Source of the DNA: Actinomycetes bacterium
GTDB lineage: Bacteria > Actinomycetota > Actinomycetes > Prado026
Assembly: GCA_038252405.1 (NCBI GenBank)
Contig: JBBSAJ010000001.1
Coordinates: 50,530-114,529 of the forward strand
DNA length: 64,000 nt
Reading direction: 5' to 3'
In this document: positions 55,237 through 64,000 of the stretch, piece by piece
How positions within the stretch are numbered: position 1 is the first letter of the stretch
How the letters are laid out: each line of letters opens with the position of its first letter
Notes under the pieces: generated by a model
Told to the model about the DNA's origin: nothing
The model's database searches: none
The model's input: only the letters and a program-made list of their open reading frames with translations
Made by a program: the position numbers and the translations under genes

Positions 55237-56583
55237 GTGGCTCGCATCCGCATCCGCGTCTCGGCCGGCACGGTGCAGGTGGCCGCCGTCGTGGGTGCCG
55301 CGATCATCGCCGGGGTTCCGGCGGCCAACGGCGGGTCGACCTCGGCTGCCGCCATCAGCTACACGACCTCAGCGGCCACGGTCACGACGGTGACGGACCG
55401 GATCTCGGCCACCGGCACCGTCCAGCCGGCGAGCACCCTGAACCTGTCCTTCGGCACCAGCAGCCTGCCGGTCACGTCGGTCGCGGTGCATCCCGGACAG
55501 ACCGTTGTGGCCGGGCAGCAGCTGGCCACAATGGAGAGCACCGCAGCGGCGGCGGCCCTGGCCAGCGCTGAGGCCCAGCTTGCTGTGGCCGAAGCCCAGG
55601 CCAACGCAGCGGCCAGCCCGTCGCCGACGCCGAACACGACGACCACGAGGACGACGACCACGAGCACGACGACCACGAGGACGACGACGACCGCCAGGGT
55701 CGGCTCCGCGGCGGCCTGCACCACCGGGACGGGTGGACGGTCAGGTGCCTCCCCGTCCCCGTCCCCGACGGTGAGCCCGACGCCGTCCACCACCCCGACG
55801 CCCGTGTCGGGCCCGGCCGCGACCCCCACGGCCGCCCCGACGGCCAAGCCCACGACGGCGACAAGCACCGCAACGGCCAGCCCCTGCCCCTCGACCTCAA
55901 CCGGAACCGCCACTCCGGCCCGCTCGGCTTCGACCAGCAGTGGAAGCTCCAACGGAAGCCCGAGCGGGGGCGAGTCGGGTGGCACCACCTCGCTGGTCTC
56001 CGCCCAGGCTGCGGTGTCCCTGGCTCAGGCGACACTGGCGGCCGCGACCTTGACCGCCCCATCGGACGGCGTGGTGCAGTCGGTGAACCTCGTGGTCGGG
56101 ACGCTTCCGGGATCCCCCGCTGTGGTGCTGCGCGCGACTGGGTACCAGGTGGTGGTCGACGTCGCTGAGCAGGACGCGCCCTACATCACGGTCGGCCAGA
56201 CCGGACAGGCCAGCTTCACCGCCCTGGGCGCCACCGCACCGGTGGCCGTCGTCCAGGAGCCGACCGTTGGATCCGACGCCAGCTCGGCGGCCGGGGCGAC
56301 GGTGGTCTCGTTCCCGGTCACTCTCGCGATCACCGGTCCACCACCGGGGCTGCTGCCCGGCATGTCCGCCCAGGTCAGCTGGACCGCCGCAACGAAGACC
56401 AACGTCGTGGCCGTGCCGACCGGCGCGCTGCGCAGTGGCGACACCGGCGACGTCGTCCAGGTCCTCGTCAACGGCCAGCCGCAGACCACGGCAGTCAGCA
56501 TCGGGCTGTCCACGACGTCCCTGACCGAGATCACCTCGGGTCTGCGAGCGGGTGACGCCGTGGTCACTGGGACGACCGGGTGA
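55237..56583 (+). CDS. Second HlyD/MacA-type membrane fusion protein paralogue with long Thr/Pro/Ser low-complexity insert
   Basis: A coiled coil (ASAEAQLAVAEAQANA) and a C-terminal barrel region ...VPTGALRSGDTGDVVQVLVNGQPQTTAVSIGLSTTSLTEITSGLRAGD, similar to the first MFP. It also carries TTTRTTTTSTTTTRTTTT, encoded by a 15-bp repeat x4 at 55636-55695. Confidence 0.8.
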   Translation: MARIRIRVSAGTVQVAAVVGAAIIAGVPAANGGSTSAAAISYTTSAATVTTVTDRISATGTVQPASTLNLSFGTSSLPVTSVAVHPGQTVVAGQQLATMESTAAAAALASAEAQLAVAEAQANAAASPSPTPNTTTTRTTTTSTTTTRTTTTARVGSAAACTTGTGGRSGASPSPSPTVSPTPSTTPTPVSGPAATPTAAPTAKPTTATSTATASPCPSTSTGTATPARSASTSSGSSNGSPSGGESGGTTSLVSAQAAVSLAQATLAAATLTAPSDGVVQSVNLVVGTLPGSPAVVLRATGYQVVVDVAEQDAPYITVGQTGQASFTALGATAPVAVVQEPTVGSDASSAAGATVVSFPVTLAITGPPPGLLPGMSAQVSWTAATKTNVVAVPTGALRSGDTGDVVQVLVNGQPQTTAVSIGLSTTSLTEITSGLRAGDAVVTGTTG

Positions 56584-56662
56584 CCCCACCGGCAACCCCG
56601 GATCGGGCGCTCGCAAGGCTCGCTGGTTAGAGTCGGCGGACAATCGCCTGCCCCGAGGACCG

Positions 56663-57415
56663 ATGGCCGAGATCAAGTCGAACACCGTGCTGCCCGCGCG
56701 CCGGAAGCCGCTCGTGCTGCACACGGCGGACGGACTGCGGCTGGTCGGTGAGCTGGCCACGCCGGTGGACCGCTCCCCGGTCGCCACGCTGGTCTGTCTG
56801 CACCCGCTGCCCACGCACGGCGGGATGATGGACAGCCACGTGCTGCGCAAGGCGTCCTGGCGGCTGCCTGCCCTGGCCGGGATCGCGGTGCTCCGCTTCA
56901 ACACGCGCGGCACGAGCTCAGCCGCCGGCACCTCCGACGGCAGCTTCGGCGGCGGGACGGACGAGCGGCTCGACGTGGCCGCAGCCCTCGACTACGTCGA
57001 GCACCACGACCTGCCGCACCCATGGCTGCTGGGCTGGTCCTTCGGCACCGACCTGGCGCTGCGGTGGGGCTGCGACCCCGCCGTGGACGGCGCCATCCTG
57101 CTGTCGCCACCCCTGCGGTACTCGGTGGACGCCGACCTCGACACCTGGGCGGCGTCCGGCAAGCCGCTCGTGGCCCTGGTCCCTGAGCTGGACGACTACC
57201 TGCGACCGGAGGAGGCTCGGCACCGGTTCGCTCGGGTGCCCCAGGCCGACGTCGTGGGTGTCGAGGGCGCCCGGCACCTGTGGGTCGGGGAGGCCTACGT
57301 CCGCCGGGTGCTGGACGAGGTGGTGGTGCGGGTGGCCCCGGGGGAGGCGCCGCTGACCTGGGCGTGGGAGGGTCCCTCGCAGACGTGGAACGACCTGACC
57401 GGAGGGCTGCGATGA
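56663..57415 (+). CDS. Alpha/beta hydrolase
   Basis: A GWSFG nucleophile-elbow motif (LLGWSFGTDLA) within a 250-aa protein. GAGGA RBS. Confidence 0.75.
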   Translation: MAEIKSNTVLPARRKPLVLHTADGLRLVGELATPVDRSPVATLVCLHPLPTHGGMMDSHVLRKASWRLPALAGIAVLRFNTRGTSSAAGTSDGSFGGGTDERLDVAAALDYVEHHDLPHPWLLGWSFGTDLALRWGCDPAVDGAILLSPPLRYSVDADLDTWAASGKPLVALVPELDDYLRPEEARHRFARVPQADVVGVEGARHLWVGEAYVRRVLDEVVVRVAPGEAPLTWAWEGPSQTWNDLTGGLR

Positions 57416-58173
57416 GCATCGACCTGCAGGGCAAGACCGCACTGGTGACCAGTGCCTCCCGGGGCATCGGCCGGGCGATCGCCGAGGCCTACGCGGCAGC
57501 CGGCGCGGACGTCGCCGTCCTGGCCCGCAACGAGGAGCTGCTCAACGAGGTCGCGGCGGCCGTCGAGCGGCAGGGCCGGCGCGCCGTCGTCCTCGTCGCG
57601 GACGTGACCGACCAGGAGTCGGTCGAGGCCGCGGTGGGGCGGGCGCTGGACGAGCTCGGTCGGCTGGACGTCGTGGTCAACAACGCCGGCGGCAACAACT
57701 TCATGAGTCCCTTCGTGAGCATGCGCTTCGCCGGCTGGGAGAAGGCCCAGCGGCTCAACGTCGACTCGATCGTGCACGTGTGTCAGGCGGTGGGCCCGAG
57801 CATGCTGGCCCAGGGGTCCGGCTCGGTCATCAACGTGGCCTCGGTGGCCGGCGTCGCCTCGGTGCCGTTCATGGCGCACTACGGCGCCGCGAAGGCGGCG
57901 GTGATGTCCCTGACGCGGACCCTCGCCGTCGAGTGGGCGCACGCGAACGTCCGGGTGAACTCGCTGGTGCCCGGCTGGGTGTCCACCGACCTCACCGAGT
58001 TCGCCCGCGCGGGCGACGGCGCGGCCGGGCAGACGCTGATCTCGCGGGTGCCGATGCAGCGCTGGGCGCGGCCGGAGGAGATCGCCGGCCCCGCGGTCTT
58101 CCTGGCCAGCGACGCCTCCTCGTTCGTCACCGGTCAGGCACTCGTGGTGGACGGCGGGCTGACCGTCAGCTGA
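57412..58173 (+). CDS. SDR family oxidoreductase
   Basis: The protein contains GKTALVTSASRGIGRAIA (TGxxxGxG) and ...NNAG...YGAAKAA, the catalytic Tyr-Lys pair. It is ATGA-coupled. Confidence 0.9.
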   Translation: MSIDLQGKTALVTSASRGIGRAIAEAYAAAGADVAVLARNEELLNEVAAAVERQGRRAVVLVADVTDQESVEAAVGRALDELGRLDVVVNNAGGNNFMSPFVSMRFAGWEKAQRLNVDSIVHVCQAVGPSMLAQGSGSVINVASVAGVASVPFMAHYGAAKAAVMSLTRTLAVEWAHANVRVNSLVPGWVSTDLTEFARAGDGAAGQTLISRVPMQRWARPEEIAGPAVFLASDASSFVTGQALVVDGGLTVS

Positions 58174-58303
58174 CCCCCTCAGGGGCTGGATGATCATGCA
58201 GGGGGCCCGGATGACCTTCGACTCGGTCCAAGGGCCCTGTCGGTTCGACCCCCGGCGCGGTACGTGTTGATCGTCGAGATCGGCACGCTCCGAGGAGGTC
58301 GTC

Positions 58304-59413
58304 ATGGCGATGGTTGAGCTGCCCGAGGTGGATCGCTTCGGGCCCGAGCAGGTCATCGTGGTGAACGACCCGGCCGCCCACCTGCTGGGATACCTCGTGG
58401 TCGACAACCTCGCGGCCGGCCCCGCGATCGGCGGCCTGCGCATGGCCGCCGACGTCAGCGTGGTCGAGGTGGCCCGGCTGGCCAGGGCCATGACCTTGAA
58501 GAACGCCGCGGCCGGGCTGCCGCACGGCGGCGCGAAGGCCGGGATCGTCGCCGACCCGGGGCTGCCGTTCGAGGAGAAGGTACGTCTGGTTCGCGCGTTC
58601 GGACGCGCGATCCGAGACGTGGTGGGCTACATCCCCGGTCCCGACATGGGCTTGGACGAGCGGCTGATGGCGCACCTGCGGGACGCCTGCGGCCGGGCCG
58701 TCGGGCTGCCCGCGGTCCTGGGCGGCATCCCGCTCGACGTGCTGGGGGCCACCGGGTTCGGAGTGGCGATCGCCGCCGAGGTGGCCGCTGAGCGGGGGAT
58801 CGTGCAGCTGGCCGACGCCCGTGTGATCGTCCAGGGCTTCGGGTCGGTCGGGTCGCACGCGGCGCGGTTCCTCGTGCAGCGGGGTGCGCGGGTGGTGGCC
58901 GTGTCCGACCGTCGCGGCGCGGTGGCCAACGACGAGGGGCTGGACGTCGAGGCGCTGGTCGCGCACAAGGCGACCGGGGAGCCGGTGGCGACCTTCGCCG
59001 GCGGGTCTCCGGTCGCGCCAGCCGACCTGGTCGGCTGGCCCTGCGAGATCTGGGTCCCGGCGGCTCGGCCGGACGTCCTCACGGTCGAGAACGTCGCTGA
59101 CCTGACGGCCCGGCTGGTGCTCGAGGGCGCCAACATCCCGGCCAGCCGGGAGGCCGAGGAGAAGCTGCACGCGGCCGGCGTGGTCGTCGTCCCCGACTTC
59201 GTGGCCAATGCCGGTGGCGTCATCTGCGCGGCCGTCGAGCACGCGGGCGGCACGTCGGCGCAGGCCTTCGCCACGATCGAGGACAAGATCCGGACCAACA
59301 CCCGGCTGGTGCTGGACGGTGTGACCGCGAGCGGCGAGCCGCCGCGCCGGGTTGCCGAGCGCATCGCCGAGCAGCGGGTCGAGGAGGCGATGAGCTACCG
59401 GGCCGCTCCGTGA
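58304..59413 (+). CDS. Glu/Leu/Phe/Val dehydrogenase family protein
   Basis: The protein contains ...GGLRMAADVSVVEVARLARAMTLKNAAAGLPHGGAKAGI... and the NAD-binding motif VIVQGFGSVGSHAA. Confidence 0.8.
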   Translation: MAMVELPEVDRFGPEQVIVVNDPAAHLLGYLVVDNLAAGPAIGGLRMAADVSVVEVARLARAMTLKNAAAGLPHGGAKAGIVADPGLPFEEKVRLVRAFGRAIRDVVGYIPGPDMGLDERLMAHLRDACGRAVGLPAVLGGIPLDVLGATGFGVAIAAEVAAERGIVQLADARVIVQGFGSVGSHAARFLVQRGARVVAVSDRRGAVANDEGLDVEALVAHKATGEPVATFAGGSPVAPADLVGWPCEIWVPAARPDVLTVENVADLTARLVLEGANIPASREAEEKLHAAGVVVVPDFVANAGGVICAAVEHAGGTSAQAFATIEDKIRTNTRLVLDGVTASGEPPRRVAERIAEQRVEEAMSYRAAP

Positions 59414-59416
59414 GTC

Positions 59417-60145
59417 TCAGCCGGCCGCGACGAGTTCCTTGGTGACAGCGACGGCCGCGGCCTGGGAGAGCGCAGCGTTCCCGTCCTTGCGGGTCACCGC
59501 GACCGTGATGAACCGCTCGCCGGTGAGCAGCGCGACCTGGGCGTCGATGCCACCGGGCAGTGCCATGGTGAACGCCACCGCCTGCGGCAGCCCGCTCGGG
59601 AACGGCTTGGCCGGGGACCCTGACGACTGGGCGGCGGCCATCCGCGCCTGGATCGTCGAAATCATGATCGGGCCCATGGCGGCCGGCACCTTCTGCATGG
59701 TGTAGCCCAGCGATCCGCTGGTGTCGCTGAGGTACAGGCAGCCGTCCAGCTTCTGGACGCGGTCCTCGGACCCGCTGGCGTTGGAGTCGATCCCGGCCTT
59801 GACCGGGAAGCCGAGGAGGCCCGCTGCGGCGGCCCGGTCGATGGTGCGGCACGAGCCGGTGGCCGTGACTGCCGCGGGCGCGGTGGACGCCGGGGCGGTC
59901 GACGTCGGGGCGGCGGACGGCGGAGCGGTGGACGCCGGACCCGCGGCCGGCGTCGCGCCGCCCGCCGAGGTGGTCGTGCTCGCGGCGCTCGAGCAGCCGG
60001 CGACGCCGAGGACGGCGGTCAGCACGGTGGCGGCGGAGACGGCGAGGCGGTGCGTCAGGGTGACCTCCGGGTGCTGGCGCGGTGGGCCCTCACGCACAGG
60101 GGACCAGCCGGGGAACCCTGGTGGCGCCGGGTGAATCCCCGGCAC
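59417..60145 (-). CDS. Hypothetical lipoprotein (lipobox LGVAGC), Ala/Pro/Thr-rich linker
   Basis: A ...TAVLGVAGCSSAAS lipobox followed by a low-complexity linker and a ~150-aa domain containing a second Cys. The start is uncertain. Confidence 0.55.
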   Translation of the reverse strand: MPGIHPAPPGFPGWSPVREGPPRQHPEVTLTHRLAVSAATVLTAVLGVAGCSSAASTTTSAGGATPAAGPASTAPPSAAPTSTAPASTAPAAVTATGSCRTIDRAAAAGLLGFPVKAGIDSNASGSEDRVQKLDGCLYLSDTSGSLGYTMQKVPAAMGPIMISTIQARMAAAQSSGSPAKPFPSGLPQAVAFTMALPGGIDAQVALLTGERFITVAVTRKDGNAALSQAAAVAVTKELVAAG

Positions 60146-60158
60146 GGGAGGCTGCGCG

Positions 60159-62361
60159 TCAGTCTCCGGTGCTGACCCGCGAGTCGCGGTCGGCGGCCAC
60201 GAGGGCCAGTACGAGCTCGGAGCGGCTGCGGACGCCCAGCTTGCGGTAGATGCGACCCAGGTGGAACTCGACGGTCTTCCCGGACAGGAAGAGGGTGGCG
60301 GCGATCTCCTTGTTGGTCAGGCCGTCCGCGGCGCACCGGGCCACCCGAACCTCCGCGGCGGTCAGCGCGTCGTCCGGCGCGGCCCGGCTGCGCAGGGTCG
60401 CCCCGGAGGCGCGAAGCTCCTCGCGGGTTCGCGCCAGCCACGGGGCCGCACCCAGGGCGGTGAAGTCGCTCTCGGCGCCTCGCAACAGGTGTCTGGCCTC
60501 GACCCGCTGCCCCAGCCGGCGCCGCATCGCCCCCCCTGCGAGCAGCAGCCGCGCGCGGGAACACGTACTCGACGCCGTCCAGCTCGGCGGCGAGCTCCGC
60601 GGCCTCCGCCGCGAGCGGGGCCACCGTCTCGTCGATCGCCTCGCGCAGCCGCATCGGGCTCCCGGACCACATCGCGGCCTGCACCGTCATCTGCAGCAGG
60701 TCGGGGTGGGTCCGCAGCAGCCGGTCGCCCGCGATGGTCGCCAGCGCCTGTTCGAGGTGCCGTCGTCCGGCCTCGGTCTGGTCGGCGTTGAGCAGCGTGA
60801 ACCCTTGGACGGCGTGCGCGCGGACGGCCTGCACCGGGTCGTGGGGGTCGGCCGCACCGGCGATCTGTCCGGCCAGCCAGCGCAGCCGCTCCGGGTCGTC
60901 GAGGTGCAGCGCCGGGTTGAACGCGCTGGCCAGCGCCTGTACCTCCCGGTCCTGCCGTCCAGCTGCACGGGCCTCGTCGACCGCCCGGAGGAAGGCCTCC
61001 GACGCCTGCTGGGGTGCCGCCGTGGCCTGGGCGACCTGGCCCGCCGTCAACGACAGGCGCCAGCGCAGGTCCGGGTCCTCGACGGTCGGCAGGGCCTCCT
61101 CGATGAGCCGTGCGGCGGTGGCCGGGTCGTCGCCTGCCCAGGCGGCCAGCGCGGCCTCGCCCAGCCGTCGTGGGACGTTCGTCGGGTCGGTGCCCACCCG
61201 AGAGGCGACCTCGAACGCATGGGCCGCCGCCAGGTGGGCGCCGCGGGACGCCGCGGTCCTGGCCACCTCCTCCCGGGCGCCCGCGAGCCTCTCGTCGGGC
61301 CCGGTCGAGGCCTCGACCCGGTGCCAGACCACGGCGGGTGCGCTGACCTGCGCGCCACCGAGGGCATCGGCGAGGGCCGCGTGCACCTGCCGGCGCTCCG
61401 CAGGGCTCACCGCCGCTGCGGCGGCGCTGCGGGCCAGCGGATGACGCCAGGTCACGCCGCGAGGGCTGCACTGCACCAGTCCGGTGGGCTCCGCCACGGC
61501 CAACCGCCTGTGGTCGGTCCCCACCTCGTCGAGGGCGGCGGCGAGGACCCAGGCCGGCACGTTCCCGGCGATCGCGGCGGTGGCCGCCGCCAGGCGGACC
61601 GGCAGCGGCAGGGCGGCGAACGCGGTGGCGTAGACCTTGGCCGGGCTCGTCGCGGGGAGCGGGTCGGGGAGGGGAGCGGCTCCCCGTCGCTGGTCGTCGT
61701 CCAGCAACGTGGCCAGCTCGACCAGCGCCAGCGGGTTGCCGCCGCCCACCGCGGACAGCCGCTCGGCCACGGACCGCACCACGCCGTTGAGGGCCAGCAC
61801 CTCCAGCGCGGCCGCCGGCTCGAGCGACGGCAGGTCGTACCGGTCGACGCCCGGCAGCTCCGCGCCCTCCGACCGAGCAGCCAGGAGCAGCCCCACGGGG
61901 TCGTCGGCCAGCCGACGAGCAGCGAACCCGACCGCTTCCCTCGACTCGATGTCGACCCACTGGAGGTCGTCGATGAGGATCAGGAGGGGGGCGTCCGCGG
62001 CCGCGGCGTCGAGCACCGAGAGCACCGCCGCACCGACCAGCAACGGCGCCGGTGGCTCGCCGCTGAGGCCCCCCAGGGCCTGCTCGAGCGCGTTTCGCTG
62101 AGCGGGGACGAGCTCGCCCCAATGGCGCTGCAGCGGCCGGAGCAGCGCGTGGACGCCCGCGTACGGGAACTCGCGCTCATCCTGCGCGCCCGCGCAGCGG
62201 AGCACGGTCATGCCATCGGCGTCGGCGCGTGCCGCATCGAGCAGCGCGGACTTGCCGCTGCCCGGCTCGCCGCTCAGGAGGAGCGCACCACCGTGACCGG
62301 CGCGGGCGCCGGAGACTACCCACGCAATCCGCGCGAGCGCCTCCTCGCGGCCCACCAGCAC
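60159..62361 (-). pseudogene. LAL-type (large ATP-binding LuxR family) transcriptional regulator, interrupted by a +1 frameshift in a G7 (plus-strand C7) homopolymer at 60530-60536
   Basis: The N-terminal AAA/NACHT-like Walker A motif (LLLSGEPGSGKSALL) sits in frame 60537..62361. The C-terminal LuxR HTH (LTAAEVRVARCAADGLTNKEIAATLFLSGKTVEFHL) sits in the ORF 60159..60527. Deleting one G from the run joins the two frames. Confidence 0.8.
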
Positions 62362-62453
62362 CGCCCGAGTCTAGGGACGGGGGACGTCGCGCGGGCCCGC
62401 TGCCAGGGATTGCCTGGGCGCCACCCGCTCCGGTGTCGGGGGACGGTGGGTGC

Positions 62454-62846
62454 ATGACTCAGCCCGTCCCCGCGCAGGGCGAGTGGCGGCTCACCGTGCG
62501 CCGACTCGGACCCGGTCCGGGCCAGACCCCGGAGCAGGTGAATGTCGTTGTCCAGCTGGATGCGGGCGGTGGTCTGACCGCTGCGGTCGCGGGTCGAGTC
62601 GGCGGCCCGGGTCGCGGCACGTGGCGGAGCGCGGGACCCGGCCGGCTGGTTCTCGTGGTCGAGTGGCTCGTAATGGACGAGGCGGGTCGGGCCGACGGGC
62701 TGCTCGTGGTGCGGGCGGCAGCTGAGCTGTTCGACGGGGGTCGCCGGTGCTGGGCGCGGCTCCTCGGGCAGCGCATCCCTGCGGATGGTCGACCGCTGCA
62801 CCGGGCGGTGGCGGGAGAGGCCTCGGGGACGTGCGCCGAGCTCTGA
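62454..62846 (+). CDS. Possible small hypothetical protein (weak call)
   Basis: An ATG-initiated 130-codon ORF in the 510-bp gap between the LAL regulator and the hydrolase. GC3 is ~75%, noticeably below local gene-like values, and no family was recognised. Confidence 0.25.
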   Translation: MTQPVPAQGEWRLTVRRLGPGPGQTPEQVNVVVQLDAGGGLTAAVAGRVGGPGRGTWRSAGPGRLVLVVEWLVMDEAGRADGLLVVRAAAELFDGGRRCWARLLGQRIPADGRPLHRAVAGEASGTCAEL

Positions 62847-62872
62847 CCGCGATGCTCGGCTAGGTTCGGCCT

Positions 62873-63616
62873 GTGACTGTGACTCTGGTCCTGCTGCCCG
62901 CCTTCCCGCTGTGGTCGGCCATGTACGACGACGTCCGGCCGATGCTCGGCCACGGCCACGCCCTGGTGACTCCCGACCTGCGCGGCTTCGGTGGTGCTCC
63001 CCTCGGTGTTGCCGAGCCGTCGCTGGATGTCTACGCCGACGACGTCGTCCGGCTGCTCGACGACCGGGGCGTGGACCGGGCGGTGGTCGGCGGGACGTCG
63101 ATGGGCGGCTACGTGACGCTGGCCGTGCTGCGCAGGCACCCGGACCGGGTGGCCGGCGTGGTGCTCGTCGACACCGCGGCCGCCGCTGACGCCGAGCCGG
63201 CGCGGCAGAACCGGGAGCGGATCGCCCGGACCGTGCTCGAGGACGGCTCGGTGGAGGTGGTCCTCTCCGACGTGTTGCCCCGGCTGCTCGGCGACACCAC
63301 CGAGCAGTCTCGTCCGGACGTGGTCGAGCGGGTCCGTGGCTGGGTCGCGGCGGCCGCTCCCGAGTCCGTGGCCTTCGGGCAGCGGGCGATGGCGGCCCGC
63401 CCGGACTCGTTCGAGACGCTGCGCGCCGCCGATGTCCCCGGGCTGGTCATCGTGGGAGACGAGGACCGGATCACCAGCGTGGACGCCGCCCAGGCCATGG
63501 CCGAGGCGCTGCCGGGCGGGCAGCTCGCGGTGCTGCCGGGGTCCGGCCACCTCAGCCCGGTGGAGACCCCCGAGGCGTTCGCCTTCGCCGTCTCGGGGTG
63601 GCTGTCCGGGCTGTGA
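62873..63616 (+). CDS. Alpha/beta hydrolase
   Basis: A nucleophile elbow GGTSMGGYV within a 247-aa protein with the abhydrolase fold pattern. Confidence 0.75.
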   Translation: MTVTLVLLPAFPLWSAMYDDVRPMLGHGHALVTPDLRGFGGAPLGVAEPSLDVYADDVVRLLDDRGVDRAVVGGTSMGGYVTLAVLRRHPDRVAGVVLVDTAAAADAEPARQNRERIARTVLEDGSVEVVLSDVLPRLLGDTTEQSRPDVVERVRGWVAAAAPESVAFGQRAMAARPDSFETLRAADVPGLVIVGDEDRITSVDAAQAMAEALPGGQLAVLPGSGHLSPVETPEAFAFAVSGWLSGL

Positions 63617-63637
63617 ACCGGCGTCCGGTGGGTCCGG

Positions 63638-64000
63638 TCAGGTGCCCCGGAACCGGTTGATCTGCGGTAGGTGCCGCTCGCGCAGCTCCTCGTCGCGGAC
63701 GCCGAGCCCCTCCTCCGGCGCCAGGCAGAGCACGCCGATCTTGCCCTGGTGCAGGTTGCGGTGGACCTCGTACGCGGCCTGCCCGGTCTCGGCGAGCGGG
63801 AACGCCTTCGACAGCGTCGGGTGGATCTTGCCCCGCTGGATCAGCCGGTTCGCCTCCCAGGCCTCGCGATAGTTCGCGAAGTGCGAGCCGACGATGCGCT
63901 TGAGGTTCATCCACAGGTAGCGGTTGTCGTACTCGTGCAGGTAGCCCGAGGTCGAGGCGCAGGTGACGATCGTGCCGCCCTTGCGCGCGACGTAGACCGA
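63638..64000 (-). CDS. ccr: Crotonyl-CoA carboxylase/reductase (MDR superfamily), C-terminal fragment; the rest lies beyond the window
   Basis: The translation contains ...GGTIVTCASTSGYLHEYDNRYLWMNLKRIVGSHFANYREAWEANRLI...GKIGVLCLAPEEGLGVRD, the characteristic Ccr C-terminus. Confidence 0.75.
   Translation of the reverse strand, partial: SVYVARKGGTIVTCASTSGYLHEYDNRYLWMNLKRIVGSHFANYREAWEANRLIQRGKIHPTLSKAFPLAETGQAAYEVHRNLHQGKIGVLCLAPEEGLGVRDEELRERHLPQINRFRGT

Overview
This window comes from a high-GC (~72%) actinobacterial chromosome with very dense coding. Genes were called by reading the six-frame translations for recognisable families, since codon position 3 is almost always G/C and true frames stand out.

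The core of the window (13.1-38.1 kb) is the conserved actinobacterial housekeeping block: argS-lysA-hom-thrC-thrB-rho-rpmE-prfA-prmC-tsaC-LMW phosphatase-glyA-wecA-membrane protein-atpI-like-atpBEFHAGDC (complete F1Fo operon)-cob(I)alamin adenosyltransferase (convergent)-murA. This is the same order as M. tuberculosis Rv1292-Rv1315, with a Bacillus-like phosphatase/glyA insertion.

The left edge (1-5.6 kb) carries a second, A/V-type ATPase operon (subunits I (partial), K, F, E, A, B, D), tightly translationally coupled and ending in a coupled universal stress protein gene. It is followed by a crotonase, a P2-type cation ATPase, a SulP anion transporter, and a lower-GC Fic (AMPylase) gene abutting a tRNA-Arg(CCG).

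The right part (38-64 kb) holds accessory metabolism and transport genes:
- An alkylation-repair enzyme, a STAS protein and a B12-dependent acyl-CoA mutase.
- An ABC-2 exporter operon and nucS.
- A GMC oxidoreductase, an aldehyde dehydrogenase, a tandem-duplicated 3-hydroxyacyl-CoA dehydrogenase and a threonine aldolase.
- A MacB-type ABC efflux cluster with two membrane-fusion-protein paralogues.
- Hydrolases, an SDR, a Glu/Leu dehydrogenase, a lipoprotein, a frameshifted LAL/LuxR regulator, and a partial crotonyl-CoA carboxylase/reductase at the edge.

The most unusual sequence-level signal is a previously unannotated family of ~50-bp hairpin (REP/BIME-like) elements. It is present as a single unit after argS and as inverted pairs after atpC and after the GMC oxidoreductase, and each copy sits directly after a gene's stop codon (5-11 nt) or, at the GMC gene, contains it. 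No rRNA genes or CRISPR arrays were found.
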